The notes under the pieces: generated by a model
Database searches by the model: none
Told to the model about the DNA's origin: nothing
What the model saw: only the letters and a program-made list of their open reading frames with translations
Shown: piece by piece, positions 1 to 9,777 of the stretch
Layout: each line of letters begins with the position of its first letter
How positions within the stretch are numbered: the stretch's first letter is position 1
Program-made: the position numbers and the translations under genes
Assembly (NCBI GenBank): GCA_963678315.1
Contig: OY782781.1
Span: forward strand, 864,001 to 928,000
DNA: 64,000 nt
Source: Candidatus Cloacimonadales bacterium
GTDB taxonomy: Bacteria > Cloacimonadota > Cloacimonadia > Cloacimonadales > JAFGVF01
Direction of reading: 5' to 3'

Positions 1-692
1 AAACCTGGTTTTTTAACTTTATTGCCCTTCTCATCTTTGATGAACTTATTGTTCTCATCTCTAGCGAAGCGACCACGTTCACGAATATCAAGAGCTATAT
101 CGTGTGCTTTAGCTTTATCGCGTGTGTTTAAGTTGATGTTGTAAGCTATTAAGAATTCTCTTACGCCGATAACAGTTGCACCAGCTTTAGCATTGAATTT
201 ATGAGGACCGAAGTCAGGTTTCCAGTTTGGATCTTGCATCTTTTGTGGAAGTGCTTCATATTCACCTTTTCTTACTTCAGCTAGGTTTCTCCATTCAGGT
301 TTAGTAGCAGAGTGTTCGTATAAGAATACAGGAATATCTAATTCATCACCAACTCTTTTAGCGAGTGTTTTAGAGTATTCAACACATTCAGCAACAGTTA
401 CATCTGAAATAGGGATAAGAGGGCATACATCAGTTGCACCTTGTCTAGCATGAGTACCATGATGTTTTGACATATCTATTAATTCAGAAGCTTTCTTAAT
501 TGCTTGGAAAGCTGCTTCAATAACAGCATCAGGAGTGCCAACAAAAGTAAAAACTGTTCTGTTAGTTTCAGCACCTGGATCAACATCAAGTAGAGTCACA
601 TTATTAACTGCACAAACTGAAGCTGCGATAGCATCAAGAATCTTTCTATCACATCCTTCACTAAAATTAGGAACGCATTCGATAAGTTTCAT
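1..692 (-). CDS. ftcD: Glutamate formiminotransferase (FTCD family), partial; 3' part runs off the window start
   Basis: Not in the ORF track. Manual minus-strand translation from ATG at 692 gives MKLIECVPNFSEGCDRK...DVDPGAETNRTVFTFVG...HHGTHARQGATDVCPLIP...LIAYNINLNT, which are formiminotransferase motifs. Confidence 0.93.
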   Translation of the reverse strand, partial: MKLIECVPNFSEGCDRKILDAIAASVCAVNNVTLLDVDPGAETNRTVFTFVGTPDAVIEAAFQAIKKASELIDMSKHHGTHARQGATDVCPLIPISDVTVAECVEYSKTLAKRVGDELDIPVFLYEHSATKPEWRNLAEVRKGEYEALPQKMQDPNWKPDFGPHKFNAKAGATVIGVREFLIAYNINLNTRDKAKAHDIALDIRERGRFARDENNKFIKDEKGNKVKKPG

Positions 693-707
693 AACTTCTC
701 CAATTTA

Positions 708-1940
708 TTATATTTTTTTAACTTTAATCTTCTCTATCTTTCTATCTGTGGCTTGCATGATTTGCATTTTGAAGCCATCAATATTAACGTATTGCCCTAG
801 TTTAGGGACCTTCTCTATCTTATCAATAATTAGTCCTGCTAGGGTTTTATAGCTACCTTCTGGTAGTTCTAAATCATAGTCATCGTTCAGGTCATCAACT
901 TCTACATCACCATTAATAATATATGTATTCTCGCTAATTCTGATAACATCAGAGCGATTATCTTCTTGGTCATATTCATCTTCGATATCACCTACAATCT
1001 CTTCAAGAATATCTTCAAAAGTAACGATTCCAGAGGTACCACCATAAGAATCAACTATTATAGCCATGCTCTTCTTTTGGGTCTGCATATCTTGCATAAG
1101 AAGGTTCAGGTTAATAGTTTCAGGAGAGAAGTATGGTTCATGGATTAGATCACCGGCTTTAGAATTTTCATCAACTCCTTTCTTCAATATATCATAGATA
1201 ATCAGAATACCAGTAACATTATCAATAGTGTCACTATAAACAGGATAGCGGGTAAAACCTTCTTCTCTAGCGGTTTCGATTACTTCATTAATTGGAGTAT
1301 TCTCATCAAAAGCGATAATATCTCTTCTTGGAATCATGATATCTTCAGCATTCAAAGTGTTGAAGTCCATCATTTCTTCAAGCATTTCTTTTTGAGGATT
1401 TGAGATAGTTTTATCATGTTTTGTATTTGCTAGAAGAAGGGCAATATCATCTTTAGTTAAGTAGGCTAGTGAATGTGGACCTGCAATATCGAATTTCTTA
1501 TAAAGGAAGTCGTTTAAGAAGGTTACCACAGCCACGAATGGTTTAAGCACAAAGTATGAATACTTTAGGAAAGGATAAGTCTTGGGTACAACTGAGTAAG
1601 AATAATCTCTAAAGAGTATCTTAGGTAAGATTTCCCCAATAACAAAGACTATTGCACCAATAAGAAGTGAGACATATTCCTCTTTAAAGACATGACTTTC
1701 ATGCGCAATAATAGTTGATATTGTAGCAATCAATACATTTACAATATTATTACCGATGAGTATTGTTCCGAAAAACTTATCGGGTTTACTCACAAACTTC
1801 AAGAGATTCTTTTTATCTCTATCTGTTTTCGACTCTTTTTCTAGTCTGAGTATATCTAGTGAAACAATTCCAGTTTCTAACCCAGAGAATAGAAAGGATA
1901 ACAAAAATAATACTATTAAGATTATTAAATTATGTACCAT
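708..1940 (-). CDS. CNNM/hemolysin-family membrane protein (DUF21 + CBS pair + CorC/HlyC domain)
   Basis: N-terminal TM segment with FSGLETG, GEILPK, CBS motifs FTRYPVY and VDSYGGTSGIVTFEDILEEIVG, C-terminal YKTLAGLI. Confidence 0.9.
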   Translation of the reverse strand: MVHNLIILIVLFLLSFLFSGLETGIVSLDILRLEKESKTDRDKKNLLKFVSKPDKFFGTILIGNNIVNVLIATISTIIAHESHVFKEEYVSLLIGAIVFVIGEILPKILFRDYSYSVVPKTYPFLKYSYFVLKPFVAVVTFLNDFLYKKFDIAGPHSLAYLTKDDIALLLANTKHDKTISNPQKEMLEEMMDFNTLNAEDIMIPRRDIIAFDENTPINEVIETAREEGFTRYPVYSDTIDNVTGILIIYDILKKGVDENSKAGDLIHEPYFSPETINLNLLMQDMQTQKKSMAIIVDSYGGTSGIVTFEDILEEIVGDIEDEYDQEDNRSDVIRISENTYIINGDVEVDDLNDDYDLELPEGSYKTLAGLIIDKIEKVPKLGQYVNIDGFKMQIMQATDRKIEKIKVKKI

Positions 1941-1954
1941 TGTCCTTTAGACTT

Positions 1955-3022
1955 TTAGTTATTTATTTTCTCGTTTTTATAAGCTAATTTAAGAGCTTCA
2001 ATGAACTCTTCTATCTCTCCGACCAAAATGCCATTCAGTTTATAAGAAGTCAAATTAATTCTATGGTCAGTTACTCTTGATTGTGGGAAATTATAGGTTC
2101 TAATCTTTGCAGACCTATCACCTGTGCCCACTTGAGCCTTTCTTTGAGCTGAAATTTCAGCTTCTTGTTTAGCGATTTCATGGTCCAGAAGTCTAGAACG
2201 TAAAACTCGCATTGCTTTATCTTTATTTTTAAGTTGTGACTTTTCATCTTGGCAGGTAACAACCACACCCGTAGGCAAGTGAGTGATACGAACAGCAGAG
2301 TCTGTTGTATTAACAGACTGTCCACCATTACCTGAGGAACGGTAAACATCAATCTTTAAGTCATTAGGATTGATTTCTACATCAACATCATCAGCTTCTG
2401 GGAGTACAGCTACAGAGATAGCAGAAGTATGGATTCTGCCACTTGCTTCTGTTTCTGGAACACGTTGTACTCGGTGAACACCTGATTCGAAACGCATAGT
2501 TCCAAATACATTGTCTCCTCTTAGCATAAAGGTAACTTCTTTGAAACCACCTTTACCTGTTGGGTTAGAAGATAGAACTTCAAGCTTCCAATTCATCTTT
2601 TCTGCAAAGTAAGTGTACATTCTATAAAGATCTGCAACAAACAAGCCAGCTTCTTCACCACCAGCTCCAGCTCTAATCTCGATGATAGCGTCTTTATCAT
2701 CGTTAGGGTCTTTTGGAGATAGAAGTTCTTTTAGTTTCTCTGTAAGCTCTTCAAGAGTAGCTTCAGATTCTTCAATATCCATTTTCGCTAATTCTATCAT
2801 ATCTTTATCTTTTTCTTCTGCAAGAAGCTCTTTAGAATCAGCAATATTTCCTTCTACATCTGTATATTCTTTATAAGTATTTAAAATTTCTTCTAGCTCT
2901 TTAAATCTCTTTGAAATCTTGCCATAGAGTCTTCTGTCTGACATATAGTTAGGGTCAAATACTTTTTCTTTCAAATCCGTATGTTCTTCAACTAGGGCAT
3001 CTAGTTTTTCTTGTGGTATCAT
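1955..3022 (-). CDS. prfA: Peptide chain release factor 1
   Basis: GGQ motif (SSGNGGQSVN), RF1-type PET motif in RVQRVPETE, RTYNFPQSRVTDHR. Confidence 0.97.
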   Translation of the reverse strand: MIPQEKLDALVEEHTDLKEKVFDPNYMSDRRLYGKISKRFKELEEILNTYKEYTDVEGNIADSKELLAEEKDKDMIELAKMDIEESEATLEELTEKLKELLSPKDPNDDKDAIIEIRAGAGGEEAGLFVADLYRMYTYFAEKMNWKLEVLSSNPTGKGGFKEVTFMLRGDNVFGTMRFESGVHRVQRVPETEASGRIHTSAISVAVLPEADDVDVEINPNDLKIDVYRSSGNGGQSVNTTDSAVRITHLPTGVVVTCQDEKSQLKNKDKAMRVLRSRLLDHEIAKQEAEISAQRKAQVGTGDRSAKIRTYNFPQSRVTDHRINLTSYKLNGILVGEIEEFIEALKLAYKNEKINN

Positions 3023-3037
3023 TTTAAATCTCCAGTA

Positions 3038-3985
3038 TTAGTCATCTAATATAGTTAGGTTTTCGTAGTCACTTACATCAATATCAAGGGCTGATTTCAT
3101 AGCTACAACAGCACATTCAACCATATCATCATCAGGTGGTTGAGTTGTAATTCTTTGTAAAGCAAGACCAGGAATTGTAATAAGTTTCACCAATGGGTGA
3201 TTTACTTTTTTACCTGAGAACTTAAGAACTTCATAAGATAAGCCTGATACCAAAGGAACTAGTGGAAAGTGAATAAGCAGTCTTTGCCACCATGCCATGT
3301 TTGAAATCCAGTATTTTTGGACTATAGTATCAATTATTGAAAAGAATAATATTGCAATCAGAAGTACCAAGAAAATGAAACTAGTTCCACAGCGTGGATG
3401 TAATGTAGTGAACTTCTGAACAGACTTTGAATCTAAATCTGATTTCTTTTCCCAAGCATGAACACTCTTATGTTCTGCTCCATGATATCGAAATACTCTA
3501 TTCACATCTTTCATCTTACTGATTATCCAGACATATAAAACAAAGAATGTAATGCGGATTAAACCAGCAAATAAGTTAAAGACAGTATTGTTTTCAAATG
3601 AGTGACTTAAGTAATAAGGAACAACTCCAAACAAAGCAATAGCAAAACCGAAAGCAAAAACATAAGAGAAGAATTCTTCTATTTTCTTACGAGAATTGGA
3701 TTTGTTTGCTTCTTTTTCATCTTGATAATCTAACTCATATCTTGATGCAGCAAAGGTAAGAGTCTTTACCCCGATAATCATCATTTCTATTAGGGATACA
3801 AAACCTCTGACAATTGGTAAACCTAAAAATTTATTTTTCTTGGTAACACTTGTAAATTTTTCTTTTTTTAATTCTAGTGCTCCATCTTTTCTTCTTACAC
3901 AGGTTGCAATATGCTCTGGACCTCGCATCATTACCCCTTCGATAACAGCCTGTCCGCCTATTGCAATCTCTTTTTCTTTTGCCAT
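3038..3985 (-). CDS. DUF1385 (YqhQ-like) membrane protein
   Basis: IGGQAVIEGVMMR, YHGAEHK, HPRCGTSF; usual position between rpmE and prfA. Confidence 0.9.
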   Translation of the reverse strand: MAKEKEIAIGGQAVIEGVMMRGPEHIATCVRRKDGALELKKEKFTSVTKKNKFLGLPIVRGFVSLIEMMIIGVKTLTFAASRYELDYQDEKEANKSNSRKKIEEFFSYVFAFGFAIALFGVVPYYLSHSFENNTVFNLFAGLIRITFFVLYVWIISKMKDVNRVFRYHGAEHKSVHAWEKKSDLDSKSVQKFTTLHPRCGTSFIFLVLLIAILFFSIIDTIVQKYWISNMAWWQRLLIHFPLVPLVSGLSYEVLKFSGKKVNHPLVKLITIPGLALQRITTQPPDDDMVECAVVAMKSALDIDVSDYENLTILDD

Positions 3986-4006
3986 GATTATACCTTTCTT
4001 TCCTAT

Positions 4007-4041
4007 AAAAAAAACACCACAGGCTTATCGCTACTGTGGTG
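4007..4041 (-). terminator. Probable intrinsic terminator/attenuator after rpmE
   Basis: Minus strand CACCACAG-loop-CTGTGGTG followed by a T run. Confidence 0.6.
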
Positions 4042-4057
4042 CAAAATATACATTATA

Positions 4058-4264
4058 CTATTTTTTGTTTTTACTATATTTTTGTTTGAACTTCTCAACA
4101 CGACCAGCTGTGTCGAGTAACTTTTCTTTACCAGTATAGAATGGGTGACATTCGCTACAGATAGCAATTGAAAGGTCACCTGTAGTAGATTTTGTTTCAA
4201 ATGTGTTTCCACACATACATTTTACTGTAACCTTTTCATATTTAGGATGAATACCTTTTTTCAT
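4058..4264 (-). CDS. rpmE: 50S ribosomal protein L31 (Zn-binding type)
   Basis: MKKGIHPKY, CxC...Cxx[16 protein letters not shown]. Confidence 0.97.
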   Translation of the reverse strand: MKKGIHPKYEKVTVKCMCGNTFETKSTTGDLSIAICSECHPFYTGKEKLLDTAGRVEKFKQKYSKNKK

Positions 4265-4478
4265 TTTAGTCTCCTATTTATAATCTTTTAATTTTTTTAT
4301 CGTAAAATACAATGTATTATTTTAGTGATTATCATAAAAATATTTAACTGCTAGAGTGTCAATGTTTTTGTTTAAATATTTGTAGGTGGGCAGTTAAGAG
4401 TGTGATTTTTACTATAAATAATCGTATGTAATGAAGTAATTCATCATGAACAATATGGCCTTGCTTGTGAAAACACAA

Positions 4479-4545
4479 ACCGGGATTGTAAGCTTCCCAG
4501 CTTACGAAAATACAGACCGGGATTGTAAGCTTCCCAGCTTACGAA
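4479..4545. repeat. Two direct copies of a 30-bp REP-like unit
   Basis: ACCGGGATTGTAAGCTTCCCAGCTTACGAA at 4479-4508 and 4516-4545, containing hairpin GTAAGCT-TCCC-AGCTTAC. Inverted relative at about 60538-60561. Confidence 0.85.
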
Positions 4546-4607
4546 TCTATTTTGCGTAAGCATGAAGTTCCTTCAACCTATCGGTGGATGCTTACACTCC
4601 CTTTTCT

Positions 4608-4686
4608 GAGACGTTTTACACGTCTATACAAATTCACTTATAACTTCGTTCTAAGTGAAGCCAGCGCAGAGGCTGGCGATCCCAGT
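4608..4686 (-). repeat. Dispersed ~80-bp composite REP-like element (family B), inverted copy
   Basis: Reverse complement closely matches ACTGGGATCGCCAGCCTCTGCGCTGGCTTCACTTAGAAC...AAGTGAATTTGTA..GACG at 14430, 14696, 25801 and 60453. Confidence 0.85.
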
Positions 4687-4693
4687 ATGTCCT

Positions 4694-4839
4694 CACTTCT
4701 AACTCCTCACTCCTAACTCCTCACTCCTAACTCCTAACTCCTAACTCCTAACTCCTCACTCCTCACTCCTAACTTCTAACTCCTCACTCCTTCTCCCAAC
4801 TCCTAACTCCTAACTCCTCACTTCTAACTCCTCACTCCA
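4694..4839. repeat. Heptamer tandem repeat (A/C)ACT(C/T)CT, ~21 units
   Basis: Parsed by eye as 20 heptamers plus one 6-nt degenerate unit. Confidence 0.92.
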
Positions 4840-4840
4840 T

Positions 4841-4891
4841 CCTTACTTGCCACCTTGAAAAATCGGCTTTTTTTCAAGGAGGCCAGTAAGG
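4841..4891. repeat. Dispersed ~50-bp palindromic element (family A)
   Basis: CCTTACTTGCCACCTTGAAAAA-loop-TTTTTCAAGGAGGCCAGTAAGG; further copies at 14182, 25689 (inverted), 38832 and 60335. Confidence 0.88.
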
Positions 4892-4971
4892 GAGAGGTTA
4901 AGATTTGATTAAGACAAAAAAAATCTATTCTTGCTAGAGAGCTTGGTTAACAAAAAAAAATTAGATATTAA

Positions 4972-5000
4972 TTGACGTTAAAGTCTAATTATTATATTAT
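4972..5000 (+). promoter_or_regulatory. Putative sigma70-type promoter of the hybrid kinase
   Basis: TTGACG-17 nt-TATTAT. Confidence 0.5.
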
Positions 5001-5006
5001 TTGATT

Positions 5007-7340
5007 ATGATAAAAAATGATTACAAAATTCTGTGTGTTCATGATAATCTTAAGCAGAAAGAAATGCTTGTTGAAAGGCTTACTAAGGATATGCCAAATG
5101 CAATAGTTGTCAGTGTTGATAACTATAATGAGATGGTAGCAAATTTAGTAAAAAATGCCTTTGATGTAGCTGTATTGTACTGTAATATAAAGTGGTTAGA
5201 TTATCAAAAAGCTATTAGGTTTATTGTAAATAATACTCCACCTATACCTGTTTTTGCCTTTGTTGATAAAGAGCAATTTACTGAGGTAAATGAATTATTG
5301 GATATGGGGGTAGAAGATTATAGTATGAGTGATCCTCTTCATTCTTATAGGTTGCCTATATCTTTAAAGTCTATTATTACAAGCCACCACCATAAAATGA
5401 AAAGCATGCAGATTGAGAAGAAACTAGATGATCAGACAGTTCTTTTTAAAACTCTATTTGAAAAGGCTCCTGAAGCAATAGCGCTCACAAATGCAGAAGG
5501 TGTAATCATTAATATTAATGAGATGTTTACTGAATTATTTGGGTATAGTCTTGATGAAGCGAAAGATAAGTCGATTGATTCCTTGATATGTACAATTGAC
5601 CAACAAGCCAATGCAAAGAAAATCAATAAAGATGTTTTATCTGGTGATTTAGTTAATTTGAAATTACTTAGGAAACACAAAGATGGACACATGATTAATG
5701 TCTCCTTGGCTTCTACTCCAGTTGTCTTCTCTTCTGGTACTAGAGGACTATATGCAATCTATAAAAGTATTGATGAAGAGGTTAGAATCAATGCTGAACT
5801 CAGTAAAACAAAACTCTATCTTGATTCTTTATTAGATAGTATTGATTATATGATTCTTGCTCTTGATATAAATGGGAATGTTTCCTATTATAACCAATCC
5901 TATGCTGAACACTTGCTCAAAGAATATGGATTTAAAATTGAGATGGGCAAAAACTTGTTTAGAACGGCTGTAAGCAAAAAACTAGAATTCTTTAGGGATT
6001 ATATATATGGAGCTTATGAAGGGAAAAATGAGAGCAAGATAATTTCAATAGGTGATGAAAAAAAGCAGTATCGAGAACTATCATATTATCCTATATATTC
6101 AGGGAGTAATTTAAAAGGGATAACCTATATCTCAAGAGATATAACCAGCTATATTGAAACTGAGAATAGTCTAAAAAAAGCAATTGAGAAGGCTGAATCT
6201 GCAGATTTGGCTAAAAGCCAATTCTTGGCTACTATGAGTCATGAAATCAGAACTCCCCTTAATGGTGTAATTGGTATGACAGGGCTTTTACAAGATACTG
6301 ATTTAACAGAAGAACAATTAGATTTAGTACAGTCTATAAATATCTCTGGAAATACACTTCTGGATGTTATCAATGATATTTTAGATTTCTCTAAGCTAGA
6401 CTCAGAACAATTCCATCTTGAACCTACAACTTTCTCTTTAGGAAAACTATTTGAGGAGATTAACTCTATTGTCTATTCCAGAGCAAATCAACAAGGTTTA
6501 TACATAAGATTTCAGCTTGATGACGAAATTCAAAAGTATTTCAAGGCTGATAAACTAAGAGTTAAGCAGATTCTCTTAAATATTATCTATAATGCCATAA
6601 AATTTACTGATGAAGGCGGTATAACCGTTACGGTTAAGAAGCTCAATATCCAAAATAAATTCAGATTCTCTATAAGAGATACTGGTTGTGGAATTTCAAA
6701 ACAGGATCAAAAGAAATTGTTTGACCCTTTCACCCAAACCAAGAATACTCTAACTAAACAAGCTGGAGGAACAGGACTAGGTTTAGCTATTGTTAAGAGA
6801 CTTGTTAAGGCTATGCAGGGAGAGATTTGGGTAGAAAGTGTAGTAGATGTTGGTTCTAATTTTATCTTTGATATAGAACTAGAAGAAGCTAGTGAAAAAG
6901 ATATAACGAAAGCAACTAATTTTAGAGAGAATCATGTCAAACTGACACCTGACTTTGCTCTCAAGAATCCATTAAAGATTCTGGTCGCTGAAGATAACAA
7001 GATAAATCAAAAACTTATAAAAATGCTTCTTAATAAAATCGGTTATAAAATAGAGCTAGTTGCTAATGGACTTAAAGCTCTAGAATATACTAAAAAGAAT
7101 GACGTGGATTTAATTCTTATGGATGTTGAAATGCCAGTAATGGGCGGGATAGAATCAATGAAACGAATCCGAAAAGAAGCTAAACATGTTCCATATATTA
7201 TTGCTGTGACCGCAAATGCTACTATGCAGGATAAACAGAAATATCTTAATATGGGAATGGATGATTATATAAGCAAGCCTATTCAACAGACTACTTTGTT
7301 AGATAAAATACACTCAGCTTGGAAAAGAATTAATCGCTAG
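5007..7340 (+). CDS. Cytoplasmic hybrid sensor histidine kinase (degenerate REC, 2 PAS, HisKA, HATPase, REC)
   Basis: H-box [35 protein letters not shown]-terminal REC with AEDN and LMDVEMP. ORF track starts at TTG 5001; ATG 5007 preferred. Confidence 0.92.
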   Translation: MIKNDYKILCVHDNLKQKEMLVERLTKDMPNAIVVSVDNYNEMVANLVKNAFDVAVLYCNIKWLDYQKAIRFIVNNTPPIPVFAFVDKEQFTEVNELLDMGVEDYSMSDPLHSYRLPISLKSIITSHHHKMKSMQIEKKLDDQTVLFKTLFEKAPEAIALTNAEGVIININEMFTELFGYSLDEAKDKSIDSLICTIDQQANAKKINKDVLSGDLVNLKLLRKHKDGHMINVSLASTPVVFSSGTRGLYAIYKSIDEEVRINAELSKTKLYLDSLLDSIDYMILALDINGNVSYYNQSYAEHLLKEYGFKIEMGKNLFRTAVSKKLEFFRDYIYGAYEGKNESKIISIGDEKKQYRELSYYPIYSGSNLKGITYISRDITSYIETENSLKKAIEKAESADLAKSQFLATMSHEIRTPLNGVIGMTGLLQDTDLTEEQLDLVQSINISGNTLLDVINDILDFSKLDSEQFHLEPTTFSLGKLFEEINSIVYSRANQQGLYIRFQLDDEIQKYFKADKLRVKQILLNIIYNAIKFTDEGGITVTVKKLNIQNKFRFSIRDTGCGISKQDQKKLFDPFTQTKNTLTKQAGGTGLGLAIVKRLVKAMQGEIWVESVVDVGSNFIFDIELEEASEKDITKATNFRENHVKLTPDFALKNPLKILVAEDNKINQKLIKMLLNKIGYKIELVANGLKALEYTKKNDVDLILMDVEMPVMGGIESMKRIRKEAKHVPYIIAVTANATMQDKQKYLNMGMDDYISKPIQQTTLLDKIHSAWKRINR

Positions 7341-7354
7341 TTACTTAAGATAGT

Positions 7355-8425
7355 TTATAAATATTTTATTGCTGAAAGGAATCTATTGTTTGGGTTCTTT
7401 TGTAACAATTTCTTGCTTAATCTATTTATTAATAAAGAATATATTGAAGTGAATAATAGTGCCATCGCAAAATAAATAAACCTTCCCTCTAAAGATAATT
7501 TGAATACTGAAAAATCTTGTTTGAATACATACTTTATTATAGCTGATGTAAAAGAAAATGATAATATGTGAAGAGCAAAGATTCTTAAAGAGTTCTTTCC
7601 AAGAAATTGTAAGATTCTACAATCAAAGATATTAAAAACTAAAAAAACTACTCCAATAATTGAGAAAATAGCACTTGGAACTGATATAAATGGATTGCCA
7701 TAGCTATGACTGTTAAAGGAGATTCCTCCATTGAGCCTGTTGGTTAAATACCCTATAAGTAAAAAGGCAAGGCCTAAAATGAAGTAAATAAAACTATAGC
7801 CCTTCAATGTGAATAATCTTGTGATGTAGTTTTTGGAAACATAACCAATATAGGAATAAAAAACAGCTACAAAGGCAATATTGATTCCCCAAGGCAACCT
7901 GAAATATGAGTATCTACTGTCAATAATTCCCAATACTAAACAAGCTATGACGATAAGGAATCTTAGTAACTTATGCTTGATATTCTTTACTATAAGATGA
8001 AATAGAATTCCAACTGAAAATAGTGCTGGTAGAAACCACAAAGCAATGTTAAAAACTAAATAATTGTTGATTCCATTACCATAAAATAAACCTATCAGAG
8101 GCTTGAGAGGGTCAACTTGCAGAGACTTGTTAATACCAAAATTCCTTCCAATAAATAACCATACTACATAAGTGATTAAACCATAAACAAAATATGGGAA
8201 TATTAACTTGTTGAATCTGTGACTTAGATATGATAATGAACTCTGCTTATCTCTTTCTTTATTATAGAGAAAACCAGATAAATAGAAGAACAAGGCTACA
8301 TGAAATGAGTAAAGATAGCTGACAAAATGAGTCATAGGAGGCGAACAATGACCCAAGACTATAAGAATAATGCCTACACCTTTAGTTGAGTTTAACCATC
8401 CTATTTGCTCTTTGTGATTTGTCAT
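7355..8425 (-). CDS. Acyltransferase-3 family membrane O-acyltransferase
   Basis: KGVGIILIVLGH, SFHVALFFYLSG, LWFLPALF, LGKNSLRIFALH; about 10 hydrophobic segments. Confidence 0.85.
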   Translation of the reverse strand: MTNHKEQIGWLNSTKGVGIILIVLGHCSPPMTHFVSYLYSFHVALFFYLSGFLYNKERDKQSSLSYLSHRFNKLIFPYFVYGLITYVVWLFIGRNFGINKSLQVDPLKPLIGLFYGNGINNYLVFNIALWFLPALFSVGILFHLIVKNIKHKLLRFLIVIACLVLGIIDSRYSYFRLPWGINIAFVAVFYSYIGYVSKNYITRLFTLKGYSFIYFILGLAFLLIGYLTNRLNGGISFNSHSYGNPFISVPSAIFSIIGVVFLVFNIFDCRILQFLGKNSLRIFALHILSFSFTSAIIKYVFKQDFSVFKLSLEGRFIYFAMALLFTSIYSLLINRLSKKLLQKNPNNRFLSAIKYL

Positions 8426-8433
8426 TAAATAAG

Positions 8434-9777
8434 CTATCTCGAGTTTGTTTTCTTTTTAGGTTTAATTTTATGATTCTTCATCTTCTTGAACAAGTTTGTT
8501 CTATCAATACCTATTTTGCTAGCGGAATCTGCAACATTCCAATTGTTCCTATTCAACAGATTAATTAAATAATCCTTCTCCAGTTCTTTCATAGCATTCT
8601 TGAATGGCATTTCAAAAAGATGGTCATTTAAGATTAAGTTGAAGTCAAATTGATCCTCAGTGATAATCTCATTATTAGCGTTTATGAGTAGATAAATAAT
8701 CTTTGTTTGAAGCTCTCTAATGTTACCTAGCCATTCATAATTCTCCAGCATCTTCAAGAAACTCTCTGAAAAGCTAAAACTAGTATGGTTGATATCATTA
8801 ACCACTTTTACTAAGAAGTTAATCAAAGGAATAATGTCCTCTTTTCTTTCTCTTAAAGGTGGTATCTTGATGGAATTAGTGAATAAATCATAGAGTGCCT
8901 TAGAGAAGTTCTTCATGTCTGATAAGTCTTTGGAAGTAGTTGCTATTATCTTAACATCAGCCCTTATTTCCTTGTTCCCGCCTATCTTCTTGAATGATTT
9001 AGTGTTGATATAATCAACAAGCTTATCCTGTAGATTAATTGGGACAAGATCAATATTGTCGATTATTAGTGATGTATTGTGGGCTAATTCAAGATTTCCA
9101 TAATACTCATTGCTTTGGCCAGAAGAAGTTACCTTCTTTAAACCAAGGAATTCATGTTCGAAATAGTCTTTGTTTATAGTCGCACAATTGATGTATATGC
9201 TGTCATTCTCACTTCTATCAGACAGCTTGTGTATTGTCTTAGCAATGACCTTCTTGCCTATCCCAGCTTCTCCAACAATAAGGGTAGGTTCATCATTCTT
9301 AGCCGCTTCTTTGATTAAATCAAATGTATGAGCCATCTTCTGGGAATTACCAATAAGGTCTAAGGACTTGTTCTTAGAACTGCTTAAAGAAGATTTAAGG
9401 TTTGCCACTTCAAGAGCGTTATTGATTGTAATGATTAATCTTTCTTCTTTAATTGGCTTTTCTACGAAGTCATAAGCTCCACATTTAATAGCTTCAACTA
9501 CTTTACCAACAATATCAATATACTCACTGGTGACCATTATTACAGGAATATGAGGAAACTTAGACTTGATTTCTTTGAGCGCAGTTATACCATCTTCATA
9601 TCTAGGAAAATGTAAATCTAGGATAACTACATCTATTCGCTTTAAATTAATAAAACTCATTGTTGTTCCTAAATCCTGTGCATGAACTACATCAAAATCA
9701 TGCTCTTCTAAAACAAATCTTGTTAATTCACTGAAGATTTTATCATCATCAGCAATTAAAACATTTACTCTTTCCAT
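8434..9777 (-). CDS. NtrC-like response regulator (REC + degenerate AAA+ + Fis-type HTH)
   Basis: REC with ADDD, ILDLHFP and FVEKP; GEAGIGK; INCA; IPPLRERKEDI; WLGNIREL; HTH IGIDRTNLFKKM. Confidence 0.88.
   Translation of the reverse strand: MERVNVLIADDDKIFSELTRFVLEEHDFDVVHAQDLGTTMSFINLKRIDVVILDLHFPRYEDGITALKEIKSKFPHIPVIMVTSEYIDIVGKVVEAIKCGAYDFVEKPIKEERLIITINNALEVANLKSSLSSSKNKSLDLIGNSQKMAHTFDLIKEAAKNDEPTLIVGEAGIGKKVIAKTIHKLSDRSENDSIYINCATINKDYFEHEFLGLKKVTSSGQSNEYYGNLELAHNTSLIIDNIDLVPINLQDKLVDYINTKSFKKIGGNKEIRADVKIIATTSKDLSDMKNFSKALYDLFTNSIKIPPLRERKEDIIPLINFLVKVVNDINHTSFSFSESFLKMLENYEWLGNIRELQTKIIYLLINANNEIITEDQFDFNLILNDHLFEMPFKNAMKELEKDYLINLLNRNNWNVADSASKIGIDRTNLFKKMKNHKIKPKKKTNSR

Noticed and set aside
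535..4212. Short overlapping ORFs opposite or within ftcD, the CNNM gene, prfA, DUF1385 and rpmE
   Set aside because: They overlap well-supported genes and have no recognisable motifs.
4479..4545. Mini-CRISPR (two 30-bp direct repeats)
   Set aside because: The spacer is only 7 bp and the unit has an inverted relative in another mosaic.
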